Part shown: positions 29,149 through 38,953 of the stretch, in pieces
Layout: each line of letters begins with the position of its first letter
Position numbering within the stretch: position 1 is the stretch's first letter
Assembly: GCA_964487475.1 (NCBI GenBank)
Contig: CAZAPM010000003.1
Coordinates: 1-62,777, forward strand
Length of the DNA: 62,777 nt
Reading direction: 5' to 3'
DNA from: an uncultured Planctomycetales bacterium
GTDB lineage: Bacteria > Omnitrophota > Gorgyraeia > Gygaellales > Profunditerraquicolaceae
The notes under the pieces: model-generated
What the model was told of the DNA's origin: nothing
What the model saw: the letters and a program-made list of their open reading frames with translations, nothing else
Databases searched by the model: none
Translations under genes and position numbers: made by a program

Positions 29149-30237
29149 TTATCGGGTCTTGAGGGTCAGCAGGGTTACCAGGGTAAAGAGGATCGCCGCG
29201 ATCCAGAATCGCACGATCACCTTGTTCTCCTGCCAGTTAAGGAATTGGAAATGATGGTGCAAAGGCGCGCATTTGAAGATGCGTTTCTTCCACAGCTTGA
29301 AGGAGGTCACCTGCAGGATGACGGAGGCCGCCTCGAGCACGAAGACCCCTCCCACCAGCACCAGCAGCAGCTCCTTCTTGATCGCCAGGGCGGTGATGCC
29401 CAGCGCGCCGCCGAGCGCAAGCGAACCCACGTCGCCCATGAACACCGACGCGGGATAGCAGTTGAACCAGAGGAACCCTAAGCCCGCGCCGAAAATGCTC
29501 GCGCAGAATACCGTCAGCTCTCCGCTGCCGCGGATATACGGGAAAAGGAGGTATTCGCTGATGCGGATGTTCCCGGTGACGTAACTGAGTATCGCGAAGG
29601 CCAGCGCCGCCATGGTCACGCATCCCGCCGCCAGGCCGTCGAGCCCATCGGTAAGGTTCACGGCGTTGGAGCTGCCCGTCAACACCAGCACCACCACCAG
29701 CAGGTACCACACCCCGAGGTCGAAAACCAGAGACTTGAAAAAAGGCACCTCCAGCACCGTGGAATGGCCGGTCCAGACGATGAGCAGGATCCCCACCACC
29801 AGGCTCAAAGTAATCTGGCTGATGAGCTTCGCCTTGGCGGAAAGCCCTTTGGCCACGGACTTATGCAGCTTGAGGTAATCGTCGAGAAAACCGGTCATCC
29901 CCAGCCACACCGTGCTCAAAAGGGCCAGCCAGATGAACTTGTTCGACATGTCCGCCCAGAGGAACGTGGAAACCACGATGGCGATATTGATGAAGATGCC
30001 GCCCATGGTCGGCGTGCCTTTTTTATGCGCATGCCGCTTGTCCAGCTCGGCGCTGTCGTTCTTCTGCACCTGTTCCTGGAACTGCCTGGATTTAAGCCAG
30101 CGGATCACCAGCGGCCCGAATATCAGGCTGGCCACGAACGCGGTCAGCGCGGCCATGATGGCACGGAACGTGATGTACTTGAAGATATTGAACGCGGCGA
30201 CCTGCAGGTGCAGCGGATACAGCAGATTATACAGCAT
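29149..30237 (-). CDS. mraY: Phospho-N-acetylmuramoyl-pentapeptide transferase
   Basis: KKGTPTMGG, FLDDY, NAVNLTDGLDGL, FMGDVGS, APLHHHF. Confidence 0.98.
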   Translation of the reverse strand: MLYNLLYPLHLQVAAFNIFKYITFRAIMAALTAFVASLIFGPLVIRWLKSRQFQEQVQKNDSAELDKRHAHKKGTPTMGGIFINIAIVVSTFLWADMSNKFIWLALLSTVWLGMTGFLDDYLKLHKSVAKGLSAKAKLISQITLSLVVGILLIVWTGHSTVLEVPFFKSLVFDLGVWYLLVVVLVLTGSSNAVNLTDGLDGLAAGCVTMAALAFAILSYVTGNIRISEYLLFPYIRGSGELTVFCASIFGAGLGFLWFNCYPASVFMGDVGSLALGGALGITALAIKKELLLVLVGGVFVLEAASVILQVTSFKLWKKRIFKCAPLHHHFQFLNWQENKVIVRFWIAAILFTLVTLLTLKTR

Positions 30238-31624
30238 GCGTCTGTCCTTTGCTGAAGATGCGTTCCATTCTCATTGCCCGGGACCCCTTGACCAACACGA
30301 TGTCCTTTGCCCCCGGAGCGATCTTGGCATAAAGCACTCCCCTGGCTTCCTCCGCCGAAGCGCAGGTGAACACCCGGCGGGGATCGAACCCGCAGGCGCA
30401 GGCTGACGCGGCGGCGGCACGGGCGAGCTCTCCGACCACCACCAGGGCATCGCAGATCCCCGCGGCCTTCGCCCCGGCCTGGGCGTGGAACTCCTCGGCG
30501 CGGCTGCCCAGCTCGCGCATCTCTCCCAGCACCAGGATCTTCCTTCCCCGGACGCTGATCCCGGAGAGGGCCTGCAGCGCCAGGGACAAAGAAAGAGGAT
30601 TGGCGTTGTAGGTGTCGTCGATGAAACGCACCCCCTCCACCCGGATCAGGGAGAACCTGCCCCGGGGGAACACGAATCCCGCCAGACGCTTCGCGATCAA
30701 CGCGTGGTCCATGCCGAAACACCTGGCCACGGCGCACGCTGCCAGCGCATTGGAAACGTTATGGAATCCCGCGGTGCGCAGTGTCACCGGCTGCCGGCCG
30801 TTGACGGTAAAGCTCAGCGCGCCCCGGCCGTACCCGGCGTCGGAGGCATAGTAATCCGCCGGAGTGCGAATCCCGAACCCGATCAGGCACCGCGCCCGGG
30901 CGCGGTCTTTAAGCAGTACCCCCTTAAGCAGCGGGTCGTCGGCGTTAAGCACCCCGATCTTCGGCGCGCGCAGACCGCGGATCAGGGAGAATTTCTCGCG
31001 CCTGACCCCTTCCAGCGTGCCGAAATACTCCAGGTGCGCCGGACCGATATTGGTGATCACCCCGACGTTCGGTTCGCAGATACCGGTAAGGTAGGCGATC
31101 TCCCCGAAATGGTTCGTGCCCAGCTCCACCACCGCCATCCCGTGCCCGGCGTTAAGCTGCAGGAGCGTCTGGGGCAATCCGATATGATTGTTCTTCGTAC
31201 CCTCGGTACGCAGGACCTTATGCTGTCCCTGCAGCACCCAGGAGATCATTTCCTTGCAGGTGGTCTTTCCGCTGGAACCGGTCACGGCGATAACGGGGAT
31301 GTCGAACCTGCGGCGGTGAAAACGGGCGATCCCGCCCAGCGCCTTCACTCCGTCCTCTACCCCGATCACCGCCACGCCTTGAGGAAGGCGGGAAAGTATC
31401 CCGGACAGGCGCTTCTTCTCCCCGATCACGCACCGGCACCCGGCCTCTGCCGCGGCCACGATGAACTCATGCCCGTCGAAACGCTCCCCCGCGATCGCCA
31501 GAAAAGCCTCCCCCCGGCGCAGGGTCCGCGTATCGGTCGAGATCCCGCCCACCCGGGCAACGCGGTCAACGCGGGTGGAAAGCCCGCCTCCGGTCGCGGT
31601 TATGAGTTCCTGGAGCGTAAACAC
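30227..31624 (-). CDS. murF: UDP-MurNAc-tripeptide D-Ala-D-Ala ligase
   Basis: TDTR, FDGH, TGSSGKTT, ELGTNHFGE, DDTYNANP, VKGSR. Confidence 0.96.
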   Translation of the reverse strand: MFTLQELITATGGGLSTRVDRVARVGGISTDTRTLRRGEAFLAIAGERFDGHEFIVAAAEAGCRCVIGEKKRLSGILSRLPQGVAVIGVEDGVKALGGIARFHRRRFDIPVIAVTGSSGKTTCKEMISWVLQGQHKVLRTEGTKNNHIGLPQTLLQLNAGHGMAVVELGTNHFGEIAYLTGICEPNVGVITNIGPAHLEYFGTLEGVRREKFSLIRGLRAPKIGVLNADDPLLKGVLLKDRARARCLIGFGIRTPADYYASDAGYGRGALSFTVNGRQPVTLRTAGFHNVSNALAACAVARCFGMDHALIAKRLAGFVFPRGRFSLIRVEGVRFIDDTYNANPLSLSLALQALSGISVRGRKILVLGEMRELGSRAEEFHAQAGAKAAGICDALVVVGELARAAAASACACGFDPRRVFTCASAEEARGVLYAKIAPGAKDIVLVKGSRAMRMERIFSKGQTHAV

Positions 31625-33075
31625 TTCTTTGCAACCTCCCTGTCGTCGAAGAAAACCGTTCTTTCCCTGAGCACCTGATACTGTTCATGCCCCTTGCCTG
31701 CCAGCAGCACCACGTCGCCGGGCCGCGCTAACGAAATGATCCGGCAGATCGCTTCCTCCCGGTCCGGGACGACGCAGTGATTCTCCTTGCGTATCCCGGA
31801 GCGGATCTGCGCGATGATCTCCGCCGGGTCTTCGGAACGGGGATTATCGCTGGTGATGACCGCGTAATCCGCATCCTCGGTCACGACCCGGCCCATCTTG
31901 GGGCGCTTATCCTTGTCCCGGTCCCCGCCGCATCCGAACAGGACCAGTATCCTGCCCGAAGAGACATCCCTTAAGGAACGGATGACATTTGCCAACGCGT
32001 CCTCGGTGTGCGCGTAATCGACGAACACGCTGAAAGGCTCCTCCCGGGTGACCTTTTCCAGCCGGCCCGGCACCTGGGAGAACGTACGCAGGGCGCGGGA
32101 GATCTCCGGGAGGGAGAACCCCAGCTGCACACCGGTGGCCGCCGCCGCCAGTACATTATACACGTTGTACGCTCCGATGAGCGGAGAAAATATCTCCGCG
32201 CATCCCTCCGGAGTACAAAGCGTGAATTCGCTTCCCTGCAGGGTGTACCTGATCCCGGAGGCCCTGACCTGCGCCTGCGCGGCGCGGATCCCGTAGCGCA
32301 CCACCTTAGCCCGGGTGAGGTTTTCCAACCGCTGCCCATAAGGATCATCCGCGTTGATCACGGCGCACGCCCCGGGAGCAAGTCCCGCAAAAAGTTTCGC
32401 CTTGGCCTGAAAATACTCTTCGGTACTCTTGTGATAATCCAGATGATCCTGCGTCAGGTTGGTGAACACCGCCACCCCGAAATCCATTTCCTCCACCCGC
32501 CCCTGGTCCAAGGCATGGGAGGAGACCTCCATCACCGCATGCGAAGCGCCGGCTTCCCGCGACTGGCGCAGGAACCGCTGCATCTCCACCGGGCCGGGGG
32601 TCGTGTTCTTCGCCGGGATGACCGTATCTTTAACCCGATAATTCACCGTGCCGATCACCGCGCACTCTTTTCCGGCGGAGCGGCAGAAGTGCTCCACGAG
32701 ATAGGAGACCGTGGTCTTCCCGTTGGTCCCCGTGATCCCTATCATGGTCAGTTCCCTGGCGGGCCATCCGTAGAACGCGGCGGATAACCGCGCGAGCGCC
32801 CGGCGCGAATCCTCCACCTCCACGAACACCGCCTCCTGCGCCCCTCCGGAGGGATACGCCGGCTTCGGCGGCTGCATCACCACCACCCGGACGCCGTTGG
32901 TCAGCGCCTCGGGGATGAACTGCGCACCGTCGCACACCGCGCCGCGCACCGCCACGAACACCTGGTCGCGGCCCGCGCTGCGGGAGTTACAGGAGACCCC
33001 TCCCACTTCGAAATCATCCGCGCCGCTGTAGGAATACTCCGCCCCCAGGCTCTTAATCAGCTGGCTTACTTTCAT
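31600..33075 (-). CDS. murE: UDP-MurNAc-dipeptide meso-DAP ligase
   Basis: TGTNGKTT, MEVSSH, HLDYH, DYAHT, DNPR (DAP-type), AGKGHE. Confidence 0.96.
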   Translation of the reverse strand: MKVSQLIKSLGAEYSYSGADDFEVGGVSCNSRSAGRDQVFVAVRGAVCDGAQFIPEALTNGVRVVVMQPPKPAYPSGGAQEAVFVEVEDSRRALARLSAAFYGWPARELTMIGITGTNGKTTVSYLVEHFCRSAGKECAVIGTVNYRVKDTVIPAKNTTPGPVEMQRFLRQSREAGASHAVMEVSSHALDQGRVEEMDFGVAVFTNLTQDHLDYHKSTEEYFQAKAKLFAGLAPGACAVINADDPYGQRLENLTRAKVVRYGIRAAQAQVRASGIRYTLQGSEFTLCTPEGCAEIFSPLIGAYNVYNVLAAAATGVQLGFSLPEISRALRTFSQVPGRLEKVTREEPFSVFVDYAHTEDALANVIRSLRDVSSGRILVLFGCGGDRDKDKRPKMGRVVTEDADYAVITSDNPRSEDPAEIIAQIRSGIRKENHCVVPDREEAICRIISLARPGDVVLLAGKGHEQYQVLRERTVFFDDREVAKKCLRSRNS

Positions 33076-34780
33076 TGGACGCCACGACCTCCGCAGACTG
33101 ATCCTGCGCAACTTTAAGATACCGCAGCACATCCCCCGTCACGTTGCTGAATACCGGCGCGGAGACTACACCCCCGTAATACACCGGATGCGGCTCGTCC
33201 AGGGTGACGGCCACCACGATCGCCGGATCGTCCACCGGAGCGAATCCGATAAAAGACCCCATGAACTTGTTGTGCGAATACCCGCCTCCCGGCTCGAGTT
33301 TCTGCGCCGTGCCGGTCTTGCCGGCGGAAGAATAACCGGGTACTTTCGCCAGCCTGCCGGTCCCCTCCACCACCACAGACTGGAGTATCTTCCTCATGCG
33401 CCCGGCGGTCGACTCGCTGATGACCCGGCGCACCGGCTGATGATCGAACGCCTTGATCAGTTCGCCGAACGTGTCCCGCACTTCCGCCACCACATGCGGC
33501 TTGACCAGGACCCCTCCGTTGGCGATGACCGCGATCGCGCACGCCAGCTGAATGCTGGTCACCCCCACCTCCTGGCCCATCGGCACCGCGCTGATGGAAA
33601 CTTTGGACCATTGCTTCGGGTCTTTCAGTATCCCGTTGATCTCGCCGGGAAGGTCCACGTTGGTCCGTGCGCCGAACCCGAAAAGTTTCGCGTATTTGTA
33701 CACCGTCGGCGCGCCCAGCGCCTGCGCCACCTTGACCGTGCCGATGTTGCTCGACTCCCCGATCACCTGTTTGAAGGTCAGCCATCCGTGCGGCTCATGG
33801 TCATGCAGCGTGTGGGACGCCACGCGGTACGCCCCGTTCTCGCAATAGATGCGGCTGCGCTCGTCGAAACGCTTCTCCTCGAGGGCCGCGGAAGCCGTGA
33901 CGATCTTGAACACCGAGCCGGGCTCGAACATATCCGCCACCGCCCGGTTGCGCCGGGCATCGCGGGAGGAGGATTTGTAGGTATTGAGGTCGTAGGTCGG
34001 CTGGTTGGCCAGCGCCAGGATCGCGCCGGTATGGGGATTCATCACCACGATCGAACCTCCCCGGGCATTGTGTTTGCGGCAGGCCGCTTCCAGCTCGCGC
34101 TCCGCGATATACTGGATCACCTCGTCGATGGTAAGCACCAGGTCCCCGCCGTTACGGGGTTCCATCATCCACTCCGCCAGGGCCAGCTTCTGCTGACGGG
34201 CATCCCGCAGCAGCAGGGTCCATCCCTTTTCCCCCCGCAAATACTTGTCGAACGCCATCTCCAGGCCTTCCAGCCCCACGTCATCCAGGCCGGCGAACCC
34301 CAACAGGTGGCTGGCCAGATATCCGTTCGGGTACACCCGCTTGCTCTCCTTGATGAACCCGATCCCCTTGAGCCCCATCTGACGCAGCTTCTGCGCTTTC
34401 TCGTCAGATATCTTGCGCGCCAGCCAGACGAAGGATTTCTTCTGGGCCAGTTTCTGCTGCACCGACTGCGCGTCGAGCTCCAGCACCTGCGCCACTTTGC
34501 GCGCGACCGCGGCTTTCAACGCGGGCTTGATCTCGTTGGGGGAGGCATAGACGGAATCCACGGTGATGTTGACCGCCTGCGGCTTCAGGTTGACGTCGAA
34601 GATCGTCCCCCGCCGGGGTTCAAGCTCGATCACCACGCTGTGCTGTTTACGGGCAAGCTCTGCCAGATGGCTGGAGCGGAAGAATTGGATGTAAAGCAGA
34701 CGGGACACGCAGACAAGGAGGAATCCGATAAAAAGAAAAAAGACCGCGTAGAACCTGCGGCGGTAACTGCTTATATGCAC
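33053..34780 (-). CDS. ftsI: Penicillin-binding protein 3
   Basis: RGTIFD, EPGSVFK, SSNIG, GKTGTAQK; position in dcw cluster. Confidence 0.94.
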   Translation of the reverse strand: MHISSYRRRFYAVFFLFIGFLLVCVSRLLYIQFFRSSHLAELARKQHSVVIELEPRRGTIFDVNLKPQAVNITVDSVYASPNEIKPALKAAVARKVAQVLELDAQSVQQKLAQKKSFVWLARKISDEKAQKLRQMGLKGIGFIKESKRVYPNGYLASHLLGFAGLDDVGLEGLEMAFDKYLRGEKGWTLLLRDARQQKLALAEWMMEPRNGGDLVLTIDEVIQYIAERELEAACRKHNARGGSIVVMNPHTGAILALANQPTYDLNTYKSSSRDARRNRAVADMFEPGSVFKIVTASAALEEKRFDERSRIYCENGAYRVASHTLHDHEPHGWLTFKQVIGESSNIGTVKVAQALGAPTVYKYAKLFGFGARTNVDLPGEINGILKDPKQWSKVSISAVPMGQEVGVTSIQLACAIAVIANGGVLVKPHVVAEVRDTFGELIKAFDHQPVRRVISESTAGRMRKILQSVVVEGTGRLAKVPGYSSAGKTGTAQKLEPGGGYSHNKFMGSFIGFAPVDDPAIVVAVTLDEPHPVYYGGVVSAPVFSNVTGDVLRYLKVAQDQSAEVVASNESKPAD

Positions 34781-34829
34781 GGTGGTACGAGGTTATGCCT
34801 GGCTTGCGCCAACGCGAGGGTGAAAGTGC

Positions 34830-35192
34830 TTAGGGACCGATCGTCTTTGCTTCTGCCTGCCGCTTGACGCTGAATATCCGGGAAGCCAGATCCTGCCCGC
34901 GTGCCGGCTGCGGCGGTACCTTAGGCTGCTTCGCCGGGACCTTGACCAGCCGGTACGAATCAGGCATCTGGAGCTCAAGACGTTTGGAGATCTTGGTGCC
35001 GATACGGGTTAGGGACCCGCTTTTCTCGATATTATAACGCAGCTGTATGTTTTTATCAAGCAGTTCCTGGTAGACGCTCACCCTCTTCTGGCCGGAGTAT
35101 GCCAGACGGAAGATCTCGGTCTGCTGGTACACGTAGAGGATGCTGACGAAGGTCAACACGGAGACGGCCAGGAGGAATTTGGGCAGCTTCAT
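34830..35192 (-). CDS. FtsL-like bitopic protein
   Basis: MKLPKF start overlapping rsmH stop; one TM followed by short coiled coil; lies between rsmH and ftsI. Confidence 0.65.
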   Translation of the reverse strand: MKLPKFLLAVSVLTFVSILYVYQQTEIFRLAYSGQKRVSVYQELLDKNIQLRYNIEKSGSLTRIGTKISKRLELQMPDSYRLVKVPAKQPKVPPQPARGQDLASRIFSVKRQAEAKTIGP

Positions 35193-36103
35193 TCGGTGAG
35201 CCTTTCGGCAACGCGCAGTTTGCTGCTGCGGCTGCGGGGATTCTGCGCCACCTCCTCTTCGGAGGGGGTCAGCGGTTTTGGGGTAATGATCCTTATCCGG
35301 CCCTCGGCGGAATATTCCTTGAAACGGTGCTTCACGATCCTGTCTTCGAGGGAATGAAAGGAGATCACGCAGATCCTGCCGCCGGGCGCAAGAAGGTCGA
35401 CCGCTTTGGACAGTGCGCGCTCCAGGGTCTCCAGCTCGCGGTTGACCGCGATGCGCACCGCCTGAAAGGTCCGGGTGGCGGGATGGATGCGGGAAAAACG
35501 GTATTTGTAAGGGGTGGCGCGTTTGACGATTTCGGCGAGCTCGCTGGTGGTGGCGATGGGATGCTTCTGCCTCTCCTCCACCAGAAAACGGGCGATCCGG
35601 TGATGCCATCGCTCCTGCCCGAAGTCACGCAGCAGGCAGGAAAGCTCGTCCTCGTTAAGGTTGTTGATCAGGTCGTACGCCGAGATATAGCTGGTCTTAT
35701 CGAGCCGCATGTCCAGGGGCCCCTCGCTCTGAAAACTGAAACCCCGCTCCGGAGTGTCCAGCTGCAGGGAGGAAACTCCCAGGTCCAGCAGGATCCCGTC
35801 GACGTGCAGGATGCCTTTTTCGGAAAGGATGGTATCGATGTCCTGGAAGTTGCCGTGCACCAGTTCGCAGGCGGCGCCCTCTCCCTCCAGCCGCTGCCGG
35901 GCAAGGTTAAGCGCGTCCTCGTCCCGGTCGATGCCCACGACCCTGCCTCCGGGAGAAACCAGCCGCGCGATCAGCTGCGCATGCCCGCCCGTGCCGACGG
36001 TACCGTCGACCACGGTCTTGCCCGGAGCCGGCGCCAGGCCCTCAAGCACCTCCCGCGTCATCACCGGCACATGGAATCTAATCGCTTCATCCATAAGCAT
36101 CAT
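35189..36103 (-). CDS. rsmH: 16S rRNA m4C1402 methyltransferase
   Basis: HVPVM, DGTVGTGGH, DLGVSSLQLD, HPATRTFQA, SFHSLEDR, NPRSRSSKLR. Confidence 0.97.
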   Translation of the reverse strand: MMLMDEAIRFHVPVMTREVLEGLAPAPGKTVVDGTVGTGGHAQLIARLVSPGGRVVGIDRDEDALNLARQRLEGEGAACELVHGNFQDIDTILSEKGILHVDGILLDLGVSSLQLDTPERGFSFQSEGPLDMRLDKTSYISAYDLINNLNEDELSCLLRDFGQERWHHRIARFLVEERQKHPIATTSELAEIVKRATPYKYRFSRIHPATRTFQAVRIAVNRELETLERALSKAVDLLAPGGRICVISFHSLEDRIVKHRFKEYSAEGRIRIITPKPLTPSEEEVAQNPRSRSSKLRVAERLTE

Positions 36104-36537
36104 AGCTCTATGATCTTCTCCGCGATCTCTTCGAAGGAGGGTTTAGAAGATCTGTAGAACGCTTCCCATTTTTCGCTGGACCAGATTTCGATACGGTTGG
36201 ATACCCCTACCACCATCACGTCGCGCTTGATATCGGCGTACTCCTTGAGGTACTGCGGAAGGAGTATCCTTCCCTGCGCGTCCGGCACGATCTCCATCGC
36301 CCCGGAGAAGAACAAACGGTTGAAAGTCCTTGCCTGCTGCTTGGTGAAGGACATGTTCTTGAACTTCGCTTCCTGGGTGCGCCACTCCTCCTCGCCGAAC
36401 ATGAAGAGGCAGGCGTCGAGGCCCCGGGTGACGAAAAAACGCTCCACGAAATGCGCCTTGGCGGTTTCGCGGAACTTCGCCGGGAGGATCAAACGGCCTT
36501 TGCGGTCTATTCCATGGGAAAATTCACCGTAAAACAT
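36100..36537 (-). CDS. mraZ: Transcriptional regulator MraZ
   Basis: Two DxxGR motifs (DRKGRL, DAQGRI), RIEIW. Confidence 0.97.
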   Translation of the reverse strand: MFYGEFSHGIDRKGRLILPAKFRETAKAHFVERFFVTRGLDACLFMFGEEEWRTQEAKFKNMSFTKQQARTFNRLFFSGAMEIVPDAQGRILLPQYLKEYADIKRDVMVVGVSNRIEIWSSEKWEAFYRSSKPSFEEIAEKIIEL

Positions 36538-36551
36538 GTGAAATGACTTCC

Positions 36552-36578
36552 CTCCACTTTACTCCACTATGCTCCACT
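36552..36578 (-). promoter_or_regulatory. MraZ operator: three AGTGGAG direct repeats at 10-bp period
   Basis: CTCCACT at 36552, 36562, 36572 on + strand; matches known GTGGG/GTGG-type MraZ boxes. Confidence 0.85.
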
Positions 36579-36587
36579 TGTAGTTCA

Positions 36588-36615
36588 AGTATAACAAAAG
36601 GGACCTTCTTGTCAA
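36588..36615 (-). promoter_or_regulatory. sigma70 promoter of the dcw cluster
   Basis: TTGACA-16 nt-TATACT with TG extension. Confidence 0.8.
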
Positions 36616-36697
36616 GCGGAAAAAATGCGCAAACTCAATGAAAACAATGAGTAGTGTATAGTGGAGGAAAAACCACAAGGGGTTGTGTACCGGGGAT

Positions 36698-36730
36698 AAA
36701 AAATACCCCGGGAGGGAAGATCCCGGGGTT
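36698..36730 (-). terminator. Rho-independent terminator after ribF
   Basis: ACCCCGGGA/TCCCGGGGT stem followed by ATTTTTT on minus strand. Confidence 0.8.
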
Positions 36731-36757
36731 CAGGAAACTGATTTCAGGGAAAAACGG

Positions 36758-37633
36758 CTAACGCAATGCGATACGGCAGCGGGAAACGTCCTTCGAGATC
36801 TGTGCGCGAAGAGAGTCCCGGCCGGAGAACGTCCGGTCATTGCGCAGCTTGCGGATGAACTGCACTTCGATATCCTCTCCGTAGAGGCGTCCGCGGAACG
36901 CAAGCAGATATACTTCGATCCGGCGCCTCCCGGAGGAACCGGCCAGCGTCGGACGGGTGCCGATGTAACAGGCGCCGCGGTAGCGCCGCGCGCCGCGTCT
37001 TACCCACACCGCATAGATCCCGTCGGGAGGAACCACTTCGTGGTGCGGGTCCAGGTTCGCCGTCGGGAAACCCAGCGTTCGCCCGACGGTATCCCCTTTG
37101 ATCACCGTGCCCAGCACGGAGACCGGCCTTCCCAGCAGGGCGCGGGCCGCGGAAAGCGCGCCACGGGAGATGAGCGCGCGGATACGCGTACTGCTGATGC
37201 GAGTTCCTTGACGGGAAACGATCGGCACGGAACGCACCCTAAATCCCAGGCGCCTGCCCTCCCGCTCCAGGGTCCTGACCGTACCGCGGCCGGACGCGCC
37301 GAAACGGAAATCCTCTCCCACGCAGACTACGGACACCTTGAGCCTGCGCACCAGTACCCGACGGATAAAACGCTCGGGAGAAAGCACGGAGAACGCGCGG
37401 GTAAAACGCAGCACATGCACGTGCGCGATGCCCGCCTCCTTGAGCAGCGCCACGCGATGGGATAAAGAATACACGCTGGCCTCGGACTGGGGATGCGGCC
37501 AGAAGGTCACCGCGACCGCGGTCCCCCGGATCGCTTTCGCCTGCGCCAGCGCGGCACGCAGCACCGCGCGATGCCCCCGGTGCACACCGTCGAAAACCCC
37601 CAGCGCCGCCACTACGGGTGCGTCCGGATTCAC
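36758..37633 (-). CDS. ribF: Bifunctional riboflavin kinase/FAD synthetase
   Basis: GVFDGVHRGH, GEDFRFG, ISSTRIR, GFPTAN. Confidence 0.95.
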   Translation of the reverse strand: MNPDAPVVAALGVFDGVHRGHRAVLRAALAQAKAIRGTAVAVTFWPHPQSEASVYSLSHRVALLKEAGIAHVHVLRFTRAFSVLSPERFIRRVLVRRLKVSVVCVGEDFRFGASGRGTVRTLEREGRRLGFRVRSVPIVSRQGTRISSTRIRALISRGALSAARALLGRPVSVLGTVIKGDTVGRTLGFPTANLDPHHEVVPPDGIYAVWVRRGARRYRGACYIGTRPTLAGSSGRRRIEVYLLAFRGRLYGEDIEVQFIRKLRNDRTFSGRDSLRAQISKDVSRCRIALR

Positions 37634-38619
37634 CGCAACCCCTCCTCGACCCGGGCCATCACCCGCCGGATCACTTCCGGCATCCTTCCCGGCACGGTAC
37701 AGCCGCTGGCCGCCTTGTGCCCTCCCCCTCCGAATGCGCGCGCCACGGCGCTGACATCGACGTCCCCCTGCGAGCGGAAATTGACCCGCACCGCCGGCGG
37801 AGTTCCCGCCCGGGGCCGCAAGAGCATCACCACCTTCGCCTTCTCGATGGAACGCATCAGCGCCATGACCTGATCGCTCATATCGCTGCCCCGACCTTTA
37901 TCGGGCGGAAGCGCCAGCCAGACACATTTACCCTCGCAGGAGCGGCGGATGCGCGTGAGCATCCCTCCCAGGGAAACCACGTCCTCGAAGGAAAGCCGCT
38001 CGTAGATGCGGCGGTACGTTTCGTACATATCGATGCCGTGCGCCAGAAGTTCCGCGACGATATGATGCGTGCGCGCGGAAGTATTGCGGTAACGGAAGGA
38101 GCCCGTATCGGTCATGATCCCCACATAGATCGCCTCCGCGGCCGGCCGGTCGACGGGTACTCCCAAAGCCTCGAACAATTCATAGACCATCTCGGCGGCG
38201 CACGAAGCGTGCGGATCGACCCAATTGATATCCCCGAACTCCGGGTTGCCGGCGTGGTGGTCGATATTTATGGTGCACCTGGCTTGAGCGGCCAGCGCAG
38301 AGACCTTGCCGTAACGCCCGGCATCCGCGCAATCGACGGAGATGAAACATTCCGCCCGGGGAGGACGGGAAAGCTCCCGAAGCACTTTGGCCGATGAGGC
38401 AAAAGGCAGGAACGCGCACTCCGGCGGGACGGGATCCTCGTTGACCACCGTCACCGTCTTGCCCAGGCGGCGCAGGAGACTGCGCAACGCCAATTCCGAT
38501 CCCACGGCATCCCCTTCCAGGTTGCGGTGAGAAGTGATCAGGAAAGTGTCATACGCGCGCAGCGCCTTAAGCAGCTTCGCCGGGACCGTCTTTTTCCGCA
38601 ACGCCTTTTCTCTTTTCAT
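37630..38619 (-). CDS. nrnA: DHH/DHHA1 phosphoesterase (NrnA-like)
   Basis: SHRNLEGDAVGS, NIDHH, TDTGSF, GGGGHKAASG; follows rbfA. Confidence 0.88.
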   Translation of the reverse strand: MKREKALRKKTVPAKLLKALRAYDTFLITSHRNLEGDAVGSELALRSLLRRLGKTVTVVNEDPVPPECAFLPFASSAKVLRELSRPPRAECFISVDCADAGRYGKVSALAAQARCTINIDHHAGNPEFGDINWVDPHASCAAEMVYELFEALGVPVDRPAAEAIYVGIMTDTGSFRYRNTSARTHHIVAELLAHGIDMYETYRRIYERLSFEDVVSLGGMLTRIRRSCEGKCVWLALPPDKGRGSDMSDQVMALMRSIEKAKVVMLLRPRAGTPPAVRVNFRSQGDVDVSAVARAFGGGGHKAASGCTVPGRMPEVIRRVMARVEEGLR

Positions 38620-38953
38620 CCTTCTCCTTGACCGAATCGATGATCTCCTGGATCTTGACGCTGTATTCCGTGGAATGGTCCTCCCGGAAAAGCAGCTCCG
38701 GGGCGAACTTGAGGTTCACCCGCTCGGCGACCAGCTTGCGGATGAATCCCTGCGCCGACTCCAGCGCCTCCTTGGTCTTCTCCAGGTCCTTTTCTTTTCC
38801 CAAGACGCTGTAAAAGATCTTGGCATGCCGGAAATCCTTGGAAAGCTCGACCCGCACGATGGTCACGAACCCCAAACGGGGGTCCTTCATCTCGTCATGC
38901 AGGATACTGCTCACTTCTTTCTGGATCGCATGTACCACCTTATCGTATCTCAT
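38567..38953 (-). CDS. rbfA: Ribosome-binding factor A
   Basis: KDPRLGFVTI, ALESAQGFIR, PELLFRED. Confidence 0.95.
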   Translation of the reverse strand: MRYDKVVHAIQKEVSSILHDEMKDPRLGFVTIVRVELSKDFRHAKIFYSVLGKEKDLEKTKEALESAQGFIRKLVAERVNLKFAPELLFREDHSTEYSVKIQEIIDSVKEKDEKRKGVAEKDGPGEAA

